Translations under genes and position numbers: made by a program | Notes under the pieces: generated by a model | The model's input: only the letters and a program-made list of their open reading frames with translations | What the model was told of the DNA's origin: nothing | Database searches by the model: none | DNA from: Candidatus Bathyarchaeia archaeon | GTDB lineage: Archaea; Thermoproteota; Bathyarchaeia; 40CM-2-53-6 | Reading direction: 5' to 3' | Assembly: GCA_050013255.1 (NCBI GenBank) | Contig: JBEKFP010000001.1 | Coordinates: forward strand, 1,184,001 to 1,248,000 | Length of the DNA stretch: 64,000 bases | Shown: positions 48,465 through 58,006 of the stretch, piece by piece | How the letters are laid out: each line of letters opens with the position of its first letter | Position numbering within the stretch: the first letter of the stretch is position 1

Positions 48465-49427
48465 TTGTTAGAGCAATACAGCGCTCTAAACGAGCACGGG
48501 CATCGTGAGAATAGTATCGAACAGACTGCTGGAACGATTTTTGATATAGTAAAATTCTCCACCCACGACGGCCCAGGAATCCGAACGGCCGTCTTCTTCA
48601 AAGGGTGTCCCCTTCATTGCTGGTGGTGCCACAACCCTGAGGGGCAGTTTTCAGTAGCGCAACTCGTTTACCGGGAAGAGAGATGCATCCGATGCTTCAG
48701 TTGCGTAGAAGCGTGCCCGAATCGTGCCATCAAGATCGTAGACGGTACTCCAACTATTCTGAGAGATGCCTGTAGGCTTTCTGGCCTGTGCGTTCGGGTG
48801 TGCCAGACGAAAGCTAGAGAAATGGCGGGGAAGCGGGTCAGGGTCTCCGATGTTATGGAAGAGGTGGAGAAGGACAATATCTTCTATGACGAATCTGGGG
48901 GCGGGGCCACCTTCTCAGGCGGCGAACCCTTCATGCAACCCACCTTTCTTCAAAACCTACTTGAAGCCTGTAAGGAGAGAAGGATCCACACCGCCGTGGA
49001 GACTTGCGGGTTCGTAAACGCCGAGACTCTGATGGCCAGCTGCCCGTACGTGGATTTGTATTTGTACGATTTGAAGGTCATAGATAACGAAACGCATCGT
49101 AGGTTCACCGGCGTGTCGAATGAATTAATACTGAAGAACTTGCGGCAACTATCCCGCTCCCACGAACATGTGATTGTTCGCTTTCCCATTATCCCAGGCG
49201 TGAATGACGATGACGAGAACGTCCTTCGACTGGGCGAATTCGTGTCATCGTTGGGAAGCGTGAAAGAAATTGATGTTCTTCCCTACCACGAACTTGGCGT
49301 TGAAAAGTACAAGCGACTTGGAATGATGAATAGAATGCCGGAAGTCGAGCTGCCTTCCTCCGTGAGAGTGAGTGGGATAGTGGAGAAATTGGAAGGTTTT
49401 GGCTTATTGGTTAAGGTAGGAGGTTGA
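48465..49427 (+). CDS. Glycyl-radical enzyme activating protein (radical SAM with ferredoxin insert)
   Basis: HDGPGIRT.VFFKGCPLHCWWCHNPE, CIRCFSCVEACP, GGATFSGGEP; start uncertain. Confidence 0.95.
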   Translation: MLEQYSALNEHGHRENSIEQTAGTIFDIVKFSTHDGPGIRTAVFFKGCPLHCWWCHNPEGQFSVAQLVYREERCIRCFSCVEACPNRAIKIVDGTPTILRDACRLSGLCVRVCQTKAREMAGKRVRVSDVMEEVEKDNIFYDESGGGATFSGGEPFMQPTFLQNLLEACKERRIHTAVETCGFVNAETLMASCPYVDLYLYDLKVIDNETHRRFTGVSNELILKNLRQLSRSHEHVIVRFPIIPGVNDDDENVLRLGEFVSSLGSVKEIDVLPYHELGVEKYKRLGMMNRMPEVELPSSVRVSGIVEKLEGFGLLVKVGG

Positions 49428-49431
49428 CGAG

Positions 49432-51789
49432 ATGAATGAAAGAGTGAAGAAGCTTAGGCAACAAAGCTTGGATACGAAACCGGGGATCTCAAGTGAAAGA
49501 GCCGAATTAATGACAGAATTCTACGAGCACTCCTCAGAATCTAGCGCCCCTATCAGAAGAGCTCTCGCATTCAAGCACTTAATGGAAAGCAAGACGATCT
49601 GCATAGGTGACGAAGAGTTAATCGTGGGTGAAAGGGGCCCCGCCCCGAAGGCTACTCCCACATACCCGGAGCTGTGCTGCCACAGCCTCGAGGACCTTCA
49701 AATTCTCAATGACCGAAAGAAGATTCCCTTTGCAGTCGACGATCAGACGCGAAAGCTCTACCAAGATAGGATTATTCCGTTCTGGCGAGGCCGAACCATC
49801 CGTGACATCCTCTTTTCAGAGATGTCGGAGGAGTGGAAAGCAGCATACGAGGCCGGCATCTACACCGAATTCATGGAGCAACGCGCCCCAGGCCATACCG
49901 TTTTGGACGATAAGATCTACCGCAAGGGATTCCTAGACTTCAAAGCAGACATCGAGAATGCGAAGCAAAAGCTCGATTACCATAACGACCCAGACGCTTA
50001 CAGGAAACAGAAAGAACTCGAAGCTATGACCATTTGCTGTGATGCCATCATCAGGTTTGCTGAACGCCACGCTGAGAAAGCGCGCGAGATGGCTCAGCAT
50101 GAAACCAACCCTCAACGAAGAGAGGAACTGGAAAGAATTGCTGACGTTTGCTCATATGTTCCCGCGCATGCACCACGCGACTTCTGGGAGGCACTGCAGG
50201 CTTACTGGTTCGTTCACTTAGGCGTAATCACGGAACTCAACACGTGGGATTCCTTCTGCCCCGGCCACCTTGACCAGCACCTGTTCCCGTTCTACAAGAA
50301 AGGGCTCGGGGACGGAACTCTAACAAGGGACACGGCGAGGGAACTCTTGGAATGCTTCTGGGTCAAGTTCAACAATCAACCCGCGCCGCCGAAAGTCGGT
50401 GTAACGGCGGAGGAGAGTGCCACGTACACGGACTTCGCAAACATCAACGTTGGCGGCCTAAGGCCGGACGGTTCCGATGGAGTCAACGAACTCAGTTACT
50501 TGATCTTAGATGTAATTGATGAGATGAGGCTCGTGCAACCCTCTTCGAACATTCAACTCAGCAAGAAAAGTCCCGACCGTTTTCTAAAGAGGGGATGCGA
50601 GATTATTAGAAAGGGATGGGGGCAACCCTCGATATTCAACGTTGACCTAATTGTCGACGAACTGGTCCGCCAAGGAAAAGCCGTTGAAGACGCGCGGTCA
50701 GGGGGGATAAGCGGCTGCGTTGAGACGGGCTGCTTTGGCAAGGAAGCCTACATACTCACAGGGTACCTGAACTTACCAAAGATACTGGAAATTGCCCTAC
50801 ACAAGGGAGTGGACCCGCGCACGGGCAAGAAGATAGGATCCACCACAGGCGACCCTACTGAGTTCAACTCTTTCGACGAAGTCTTTGATGCCTTCACTAA
50901 ACAATTGAAGCATTTCGTTGATATCAAGGTTAAAGGTAGCAATATTATCGAAAGACTATTCGCCACGCAAATGCCCGCCCCATTTCTATCAACGATAATC
51001 GATGATTGCATCAAGAACGGCAGAGACTACAACGACGGCGGCCCACGCTACAATACAACCTACATAATGCCCGTTGGAATTGGCACGTTAACGGACAGCC
51101 TAACCGCGATCAAACATCATGTTTTCGATGAGAAGCATTTGAGCATGGAGCAGATGCTGAAGACGCTCGAGGACAATTTTGAAGGACACGAAGTAATCCG
51201 GCAAATGCTCTGGAATAAGACGCCGAAGTACGGAAACGACGACGACTACGCCGACGCCCTATTGAGGGCCTCATTCGATTCATTGTACCACATAATTAGC
51301 GGCCGAAAGAACACGAAGGGAGGATTCTACGCAGTCAACTACCTTTCCACAACCTGCCACATCTACTTCGGCTCAGTTGTGGGTGCAACTCCCGACGGAA
51401 GACACGCGCATGAGCCATTATCCGAAGGTGTCTCGCCCGTGCAAGGAGCGGATACACATGGGCCTACAGCCGTGATAAAGTCCGTTGCCAAAATGGACCA
51501 GGTTCGCGCGGGTGGAACGCTACTAAACCAGAAATTCTCCCCATCACTCCTAGAGGGCGAATTGGGGATTGACAACCTGGCACACCTGGTGCGGTCTTAT
51601 TTCAAGTTGGATGGCCACCACGTCCAAATGAATGTCGTGACTGCGGAAACTCTACGTGCAGCACAAGCAAACCCAGAGAAATACCGGGACTTGATCGTTC
51701 GAGTAGCAGGTTACAGCGACTACTTCTGCGACCTCGGCAAGACACTGCAAGACGAGATTATTGCTCGGACAGAACACAAGTCCTTCTAG
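49432..51789 (+). CDS. hypD: Glycyl radical enzyme, trans-4-hydroxy-L-proline dehydratase type
   Basis: EFMEQRAPGH, NTWD, PAPPKVG.T.EESATYTDFANIN, SGCVETGCFGKEAY.LTGY, TTCHIYFG, RVAGY. Confidence 0.88.
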   Translation: MNERVKKLRQQSLDTKPGISSERAELMTEFYEHSSESSAPIRRALAFKHLMESKTICIGDEELIVGERGPAPKATPTYPELCCHSLEDLQILNDRKKIPFAVDDQTRKLYQDRIIPFWRGRTIRDILFSEMSEEWKAAYEAGIYTEFMEQRAPGHTVLDDKIYRKGFLDFKADIENAKQKLDYHNDPDAYRKQKELEAMTICCDAIIRFAERHAEKAREMAQHETNPQRREELERIADVCSYVPAHAPRDFWEALQAYWFVHLGVITELNTWDSFCPGHLDQHLFPFYKKGLGDGTLTRDTARELLECFWVKFNNQPAPPKVGVTAEESATYTDFANINVGGLRPDGSDGVNELSYLILDVIDEMRLVQPSSNIQLSKKSPDRFLKRGCEIIRKGWGQPSIFNVDLIVDELVRQGKAVEDARSGGISGCVETGCFGKEAYILTGYLNLPKILEIALHKGVDPRTGKKIGSTTGDPTEFNSFDEVFDAFTKQLKHFVDIKVKGSNIIERLFATQMPAPFLSTIIDDCIKNGRDYNDGGPRYNTTYIMPVGIGTLTDSLTAIKHHVFDEKHLSMEQMLKTLEDNFEGHEVIRQMLWNKTPKYGNDDDYADALLRASFDSLYHIISGRKNTKGGFYAVNYLSTTCHIYFGSVVGATPDGRHAHEPLSEGVSPVQGADTHGPTAVIKSVAKMDQVRAGGTLLNQKFSPSLLEGELGIDNLAHLVRSYFKLDGHHVQMNVVTAETLRAAQANPEKYRDLIVRVAGYSDYFCDLGKTLQDEIIARTEHKSF

Positions 51790-51931
51790 TAGACTCCCAC
51801 ACGAAACGCTCAGAGGCCTCGAACTTATCTTGATTCCATCGTAGCATTATCGCCCGGTGCAGATGTGAGGAGCCTCCTACACTTTCTGATGAACCGAGTA
51901 CACCCATTTCCACTGATCTATAGTGGGATGC

Positions 51932-52795
51932 TTAGCCGCTTACGAGCGAGCGGGCTAGGAGGAATATGTTGCTTTTATGTTCGCGAATTCGCCGTACCGA
52001 GTAGGCCCACCAGCCTTTCCCGTATGGTATGTATTCGCTCACTCGATATCCGCGTTGGGCGAGTTCAATCTTCTTCTTGTCCCTAATCCCCATCAGCATT
52101 TCAAACTCGAAATCTACCTGCCGACTCCTGCTTAGTTCCACTGCTTCCTCAATCAATTTCTCATGATGGGTAGCGATGGCGAATCCTTGTCCCCGCTCAA
52201 ACATCATTCGCATTAGCTTTGAGAAGTTCTCGTTGATCTGCTTCTTGCTTTTGAAAGCGATCGCGGGTTTCTCGTTGTAGGCACCTTTGACTAACCTTAT
52301 CATTCCTTTTGAGTCAAGGATTCGGTTCACGTCTTCCTCGCTTCTCTTCAAGTATGACTGGATCGCAACCCCAACATTGTCCAATTTCTTCCGGAATTCT
52401 AGGTATGAATCGATCGTATCCGTTGTGTATGGGGATCCTTCCATGTCGATCCATACGAAGTTCCCGAATAATTTTGCGGTGCTTAGAATGCTGTTCAAAT
52501 TGTCTTCGAAGAGTTTCTTGTCGATACTCAGGCCGAGTTGGGTTGGCTTGATGGATATGCAGCTTCGGATCTTACGTGCGTCGATTGCTTTCAGGATCTC
52601 CAGATACTCTGTCGTGGCAGCAGCAGTTTCATCCTGTGCGGCGACATCCTCTCCAAGAAGGTTTATGATTCCCAGCATTTTGTTAGCGTTCGATTGCTCA
52701 GCGCGTTCCATCGCCGCCTCGTAGGTCTCGCCAGCTATCCAATGTTTAGCAATTTGGAAGAGCAGACCATTCCACAGACTAGCCGACTCAGACAC
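51932..52795 (-). CDS. Monofunctional proline dehydrogenase (ProDH family)
   Basis: IAGET, SIKPTQLG, IDME, QSYL, RLVKGAY.E, ATH, YIPYG..W..Y..RR. Confidence 0.92.
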   Translation of the reverse strand: MSESASLWNGLLFQIAKHWIAGETYEAAMERAEQSNANKMLGIINLLGEDVAAQDETAAATTEYLEILKAIDARKIRSCISIKPTQLGLSIDKKLFEDNLNSILSTAKLFGNFVWIDMEGSPYTTDTIDSYLEFRKKLDNVGVAIQSYLKRSEEDVNRILDSKGMIRLVKGAYNEKPAIAFKSKKQINENFSKLMRMMFERGQGFAIATHHEKLIEEAVELSRSRQVDFEFEMLMGIRDKKKIELAQRGYRVSEYIPYGKGWWAYSVRRIREHKSNIFLLARSLVSG

Positions 52796-53016
52796 CGCTC
52801 ACCCACATGCACGGTGCCGAATAAAGTTGATTGGTATTTCTAGCCCTACGCAACTTCGATTCTAAATTCGCTCGTAGGTTTAGAAAAGAGACTCCGACGT
52901 TATGGAAGCGTCAAGTTTGCGCTTCAACATGAACTGCCGGTGTGTGTACTCCTGGAGCGAGCAACAGAATTTGAACCGTCGTCGTTAAGCGTTGGAAAGT
53001 GTGTGTGTGGGTCTAG

Positions 53017-53045
53017 TGGTGCGGGAGGCCGAATTTGAACTGACC
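53017..53045 (-). pseudogene. Degenerate tRNA 3' end (T-arm, acceptor strand, CCA); possible att scar
   Basis: Reverse complement GGTCAGTTCAAATTCGGCCTCCCGCACCA; no matching 5' half upstream. Confidence 0.6.
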
Positions 53046-53182
53046 TCTCGCGTAACCTCCTAGCTGAATTATGCGGGCTTGTGCCCATTAGGAAATCTCG
53101 TGGCACCGAAAAATCAACTGGTCCAAATCCGAACCATTCGGGCAGGAAACGGCCAAGAATCTGGAAAACGGTTGCTTTATGT

Positions 53183-53298
53183 TGGAGCCTCGGGCGGGGT
53201 TTGAACCCGCGACCTGCCGCTTTCTTGAAAAGCGGTTACGAGGCGGCCGCTCTCCAGTCCCCGCGGTGCGGGAATCTGCCAGGCTGAGCCACCGAGGC
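53183..53298 (-). tRNA. tRNA-Thr(CGT) with two introns (D-arm ~22/23, 53252-53275; canonical 37/38, 53222-53236), CCA encoded
   Basis: Spliced GCCTCGG TG GCTC AGCCTGGCA GAGC G GCCGC CT CGT AA GCGGC AGGTC GCGGG TTCAAAC CCCGC CCGAGGC T CCA folds into a complete cloverleaf. Confidence 0.9.
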
Positions 53299-53435
53299 AT
53301 CCGTCCTTAGCCAGACAGTTTCGAGTCTTAAAGTGTATTCATCCTTCAGTTTCATCCGAAACCTCATGTCCTTCACCTAGGAATCTTGTTCGTTCGTGGG
53401 CGGCCCAGATAGCCTTCGGCGAACCATATCGTCTT

Positions 53436-54731
53436 CTAAATGACGAATTCTTCTTTAGGGACAGCCCGGTTTGTCAGGCCAAGTCGCAGTGTGCTAATTC
53501 TCTGGTCGCCGAAGAGCTTAGCCTCCTGCTTCCCTTCGGTGATCGCGGCCGCCATACGTCCCACGGCGTCCGCCTTCATGATTCCGCTCCCACTCATACC
53601 CGTCGCTAGAACACAATTACTGATTCTCGCCACGATGGGCGTGGAGTCTACGGAGTTAACGTCGTAGAAACCTGCCCACGAATTGACAGGCCGCAAGTTT
53701 GCGAAGCAAGGAAAATACTCGCTCAAGATAGGGTAAATGTTGTACGTGTAATTGTTTTCGTCTGCGATTGGTTCTTCTTCAAGCTTGAAGGGTTGCCCGA
53801 TTCCAGCGGTTGACGATAACCAGAAACTTCGTTCGCCTGGATTGGGGCGGAAGTAGGCTTCGCCCCTAGGAAGAATTGTGAACGGAACCGTGCCTTGCGG
53901 GTTGAAGCCCTTGGTCTTAAGCAATCTTTGAATGTTTTCGCCGCGAACTTGGTAGACTTGGTTCTTTTGGGGTTTAGTTAGGCAATCAACCCCCAAGGGG
54001 TCAAGAAGTGTCGCGGTTCTGATCCCGGTGGCTAGCACAATTGTGTCAGCGAGGATTGTTCCGTGGTTCGTTTCAACTTCCTTGAAGACCTTATCCTGCC
54101 ACGCGAAAGGTTCCCCTGGAAGCTCCAAAGGTTTCCCGGCACCTAAATGAAGGGACTTGGCGTCTGTGCCGAATTGAAGCTCTCCGCCGAGTTTCTTGAA
54201 CTCATTCTCGTAGAATTTCACGATTAATTCAGGCGCAACTATGCCACAGTCCAACCCAAAGACTGCTTTGTGAATGCTTTCCAGTCCTAGTATCTTGCTC
54301 TGTTCAGACGCAGGGTCCAAGACTAGGTCGGGCATCAAGGAGGCTAGCTCGTCGCGTTCAACCACCTTCAGCCGAATCCCTTGCGCAAGCATCTGGTTCG
54401 CGATGCTTTCGTAAGCGATGAACTGCTTCTCGGTCAGCAGCCAAAGGTAACCAACCATATCGAGGTTGAGGTTGAACCCAACCTCGGTTTGAACATGTTT
54501 GTAAAAATCAATCGTGCTTCTAGCTAGAAGCCGGTTAACGTCTGAGGTGAAAGTGTCCCGCAATGCCGCCATACTCTTGGCGGTGTCCCCTTGACCTGTT
54601 GCGGGGTAACGGTCTATCACCAAAACTGAGAGCTGAGGATTGTTTTCCTTGATGTGGTAAGCTGTGGATAGGCCAATGACGCCCGCGCCTATCACAAGCA
54701 CGTCCCAGTGTCGTCCGCTGCCTGCAGTCAA
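53436..54731 (-). CDS. FAD-dependent oxidoreductase, DAO/sarcosine oxidase beta/dye-linked proline dehydrogenase family
   Basis: VIGAGVIG, WAGFYD, SGSGIMKADAVGR. Confidence 0.85.
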   Translation of the reverse strand: MTAGSGRHWDVLVIGAGVIGLSTAYHIKENNPQLSVLVIDRYPATGQGDTAKSMAALRDTFTSDVNRLLARSTIDFYKHVQTEVGFNLNLDMVGYLWLLTEKQFIAYESIANQMLAQGIRLKVVERDELASLMPDLVLDPASEQSKILGLESIHKAVFGLDCGIVAPELIVKFYENEFKKLGGELQFGTDAKSLHLGAGKPLELPGEPFAWQDKVFKEVETNHGTILADTIVLATGIRTATLLDPLGVDCLTKPQKNQVYQVRGENIQRLLKTKGFNPQGTVPFTILPRGEAYFRPNPGERSFWLSSTAGIGQPFKLEEEPIADENNYTYNIYPILSEYFPCFANLRPVNSWAGFYDVNSVDSTPIVARISNCVLATGMSGSGIMKADAVGRMAAAITEGKQEAKLFGDQRISTLRLGLTNRAVPKEEFVI

Positions 54732-54946
54732 AGCGCCAACCCCCTGATGCTAAGCGGTGAGTCACTGATCTTTGCACTATTAATTCTACGCACACAACGC
54801 ATTTGTGGTCACGAGGCCACTCAGTCGCCGACCCCCATGTCCCGGTGTCATGTGCGCCGCGTCTGAACCTAGTTTTTCCCCAGCCCCGATAGCTCAGCGA
54901 AAGGCATACCTATCCGGCAACACGTCAACTACCTAGGCTTTGTTGC

Positions 54947-55420
54947 ATGAGAATGAGGTACGACAAGAAGACCGATCAGCTGCAACTACTCATTCGCGAG
55001 GACAAGGATACTACGCCCAGGGTTTTGGATGAGGATGTGACGGTGGCCTACACTAAAGATGGGGAAGTAGCCAAGATCAGTGTCAAGAACGCGCTTACCC
55101 GAATCTTCGACGGCCTTGGAGTAAAACTGCCCTCTGAACGGCACGCACCAGCCGAAGAACGGGAGGGCGGAATAAAGGTCGAAGTCGAAGCGGACAAATG
55201 CCTCGGCTTCGGCAGCTGCGTCATAGTCTCACCCGACGTTTTCCGACTCGACGAGCGCCCTGGCCAAGGAGTATTCCGTAGCCGTGCTAAGCTGGATGTC
55301 TTGGACGAGGCTGGGGGAAAAGACTACGAAAATCTCCTAATCGCCGCGCAATCATGCCCAACTCAGGCAATCACAATAATCGACAGAAAGACCGGAAAAA
55401 GAGTTTACCCACCCGAGTAG
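54947..55420 (+). CDS. DUF2283-like domain fused to single-cluster ferredoxin
   Basis: YDKKTDQL...YTKDGEVAKISV; CLGFGSC...SPDVF...AAQSCPTQAI. Confidence 0.7.
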   Translation: MRMRYDKKTDQLQLLIREDKDTTPRVLDEDVTVAYTKDGEVAKISVKNALTRIFDGLGVKLPSERHAPAEEREGGIKVEVEADKCLGFGSCVIVSPDVFRLDERPGQGVFRSRAKLDVLDEAGGKDYENLLIAAQSCPTQAITIIDRKTGKRVYPPE

Positions 55421-55539
55421 GCTCCTCCGTGCTGTGCTTGAAAAGCAGTTGAGGGCCAAATGGCCGACGCATAACCCTTCAACATTTAACGCCCGCGCCG
55501 CAGAACAATCGCCTCATTGAAAGAAGGGCTCGGGTTCCA

Positions 55540-56751
55540 CTGACCTCTATCTACACAATTTCTCGTGAAGACCTCTACGACTACCGAAGGTGCCCGAAGA
55601 TCGTAGCCATCAAAGCTTACAGGGCACTCAGGGCCGTACGAGAAAACCGGCGCAGCGAGCCGCGCGTACTGGAACCCGTAACAATTGGCATGATTGGGGA
55701 AGCGGCCGTAAAGCTTGGATTCCAAGGCCTACCCAGAGCCGTCGCGATGGGGCAGATCGCCCAAGCTATTCCTCAAGTGAATTTCAATGAGTACCTCGAA
55801 GAGATCGCATCCCAGTCCCTGAAGGGCGTCGAGGAGGTTCGGGCAAAACTCGCTAGGGAGTATGGGGATCTAACAATAATTGGGAAGGGTGAAGGGCGCC
55901 ACCCCGACCTTCCCGGGAAGGTGCGCCCTGATTTCATTGCCTTCAAAGAGCGAAACCAAAATCCAATCATCATCGAGACTAAAGACACTACGAGAATGAA
56001 TCCAACGGATAACTTCCAAGCCGCGCTCTACAACGGCATAGCTGAACGGTACGGTGTCTATCTCATTGAGGAGAGGGTCGAGGGCGGCGTGCGCACGTTT
56101 TCTCCGTTTACGATACAAGGCAATGCCGAGGCTATTCTGATTTATCCAAGGCTCGCCGAATACTCCATCGTTAAGGACCGATTTGTTCCAGGAAGCGAAT
56201 TGATAAGGGAAATTTGGAAGGCAAAGCAACTTGGGTTCAAAGGCTTAACCCCTGAGACAGATTGCGGAAAGAAATGCGCACACAACAGGTTGAAGGTAAA
56301 ACTGGAGGAGGGGAACATGGAGCCAGCGCCACCGCTCCCCCTCATATTTTCCAACGCCGTTCTGGAAAGCGGCTTCAGTTATGACATAGGCTACCAAGTA
56401 AGCTACGGTTGGAATCTCCTCCCGCTTAGGGTCAAGGTCGCCATCACCTTGTCAGAGCGAAGGGCTGGCATGGCTGGTGTAAAGGAATGGTTGACGAGGA
56501 CGGTGGGGCTCGAAGAAGAAGCCGCTCAGATCGTTGTAAATTCGGAGAGGCGAGAGGCGTTTCTTCATTCTAGGTCAGATGCGGAAAGTTTGCTGAAATC
56601 CGCGGACAGCGAACTTGAACCGTGGAAAAGCATCCTCAAAGGGAGGCTTACTGCTGGGGCGCCCAGCATCTTGGCCATAGCCACAGCCATCTACTCTCTA
56701 CCAAAGAAAAGTTCCAGGTTTGTCCGTGAAGCATGGGATAGGTGGCGATAG
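55540..56751 (+). CDS. Solo Cas4-like PD-(D/E)XK nuclease (probable CTG start at 55540)
   Basis: In-frame upstream ISREDLYDYRRCPK; GKVRPDF, IIETK, FQAALY; CGKKCAH. Confidence 0.7.
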   Translation: MTSIYTISREDLYDYRRCPKIVAIKAYRALRAVRENRRSEPRVLEPVTIGMIGEAAVKLGFQGLPRAVAMGQIAQAIPQVNFNEYLEEIASQSLKGVEEVRAKLAREYGDLTIIGKGEGRHPDLPGKVRPDFIAFKERNQNPIIIETKDTTRMNPTDNFQAALYNGIAERYGVYLIEERVEGGVRTFSPFTIQGNAEAILIYPRLAEYSIVKDRFVPGSELIREIWKAKQLGFKGLTPETDCGKKCAHNRLKVKLEEGNMEPAPPLPLIFSNAVLESGFSYDIGYQVSYGWNLLPLRVKVAITLSERRAGMAGVKEWLTRTVGLEEEAAQIVVNSERREAFLHSRSDAESLLKSADSELEPWKSILKGRLTAGAPSILAIATAIYSLPKKSSRFVREAWDRWR

Positions 56752-56870
56752 GAGTAAATGGTACCCGGAGCGTGTGCCTCGTCCCTTGAAATTGATGTCT
56801 AGCATATGTTATACAACGTAAGAGAAGTGAAGTCTGCCTACCCTGCATGGGGTGTCCCCACGCTACTAAG

Positions 56871-57875
56871 TTAGTCGCCTTGGGGTGATGCTACGCTGAT
56901 GTACTCAAGCTTTTGCGGGGGTGATTCGGGCAGTGGGCGGGAGGCTACGCGCATTAGTATGATCCTGTTTCTGGTTCCGGGTACGCTTCCTTTCAAGGTC
57001 ACGTAGTCCGAGTTGATTATGCCGTAACGTAGGAAGCCGCCTTTCGGCGTGATTTCGGTGCCGTCATTGCCCACTTTCATAACAAGTTTGTTGTATTCGG
57101 TTCGTTGGTGGAAACCCATTTGGCCAGCCCTGGGGACGGAGTACATGACGTAGTGCGGTGTCCATGCGCCGATCGAACCGACTTGGCGAACGGTTTTTCG
57201 GGCTTTGTGGAACTTCCTTCGAATTCCCCACCGCTTAACCGGCCCCTGTATCCCCTTGCCCTTTGTAATGCCAATCGTGTCAACCACTTGCCCTTCCTTG
57301 ATGAAGTCGGCGGCCTTCACCTCTTGCCCGAGTATCTTCTTGCAATACTCAAACTGGTCCTTGATGGAGCCTCCTCCGACTTTCACTTCGATGATTTCCG
57401 GCGCCTTCTTGCCGTGTTTTGCGAGGCGAGGTTGAGTGGCCATGAGCATGCGCAAATCGGCAATCTTATCCAAGTTACCCTCAATCTTCTTCAGCCCGGC
57501 TTCTGTGGGAAATTTCTCTGGAACCGAAATAACGCGGCCGAAATCCTTTGGCACTGTTTCCATCCATGCCTCGCCAAAGGTTCTCAGCCCTTCGTAGGGC
57601 TTGGTGTAGGCACGCAAGGCGGTGGCCAACATTGGTGGTGCCTCCAAAGTGGTTAATGGAATTACAATTTCCTTCCCGAACATAAGCGAGCCCTCGCGGT
57701 TGTCTACGGCTAAGGCGTAGGTCATGCCAGCCTTGAAGCCGGCAAAAGCGAGTAGCCGCGGGCCCTCATCAACTTCGGGCCAATACCTTATTCTGCCAAC
57801 CCAACGTGAAGCGCGCCCCCTTGGCAAATAGGCGAGGGAGCCTCGCTTTGGGGCGTGAACTTTCCTGTGACCCAT
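56871..57875 (-). CDS. rpl3: 50S ribosomal protein uL3 (archaeal)
   Basis: PKRGSLAYLPR, GFKAGMT, TKGKGIQGPVKRWG, GQMGFHQRTEYNK, KGSVPG. Confidence 0.97.
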   Translation of the reverse strand: MGHRKVHAPKRGSLAYLPRGRASRWVGRIRYWPEVDEGPRLLAFAGFKAGMTYALAVDNREGSLMFGKEIVIPLTTLEAPPMLATALRAYTKPYEGLRTFGEAWMETVPKDFGRVISVPEKFPTEAGLKKIEGNLDKIADLRMLMATQPRLAKHGKKAPEIIEVKVGGGSIKDQFEYCKKILGQEVKAADFIKEGQVVDTIGITKGKGIQGPVKRWGIRRKFHKARKTVRQVGSIGAWTPHYVMYSVPRAGQMGFHQRTEYNKLVMKVGNDGTEITPKGGFLRYGIINSDYVTLKGSVPGTRNRIILMRVASRPLPESPPQKLEYISVASPQGD

Positions 57876-58006
57876 TTATTCCACCAATCTGGGTTGGCTG
57901 TTTCTTGGGTGTTCCATTCAAGCTCTAAAATACTTTACCATGAACCTCGGCCCAAGAGGGCATAGACCTTTTTTAAGGTGAAATTAGAGCAGGGGGGATT
58001 CTATTT

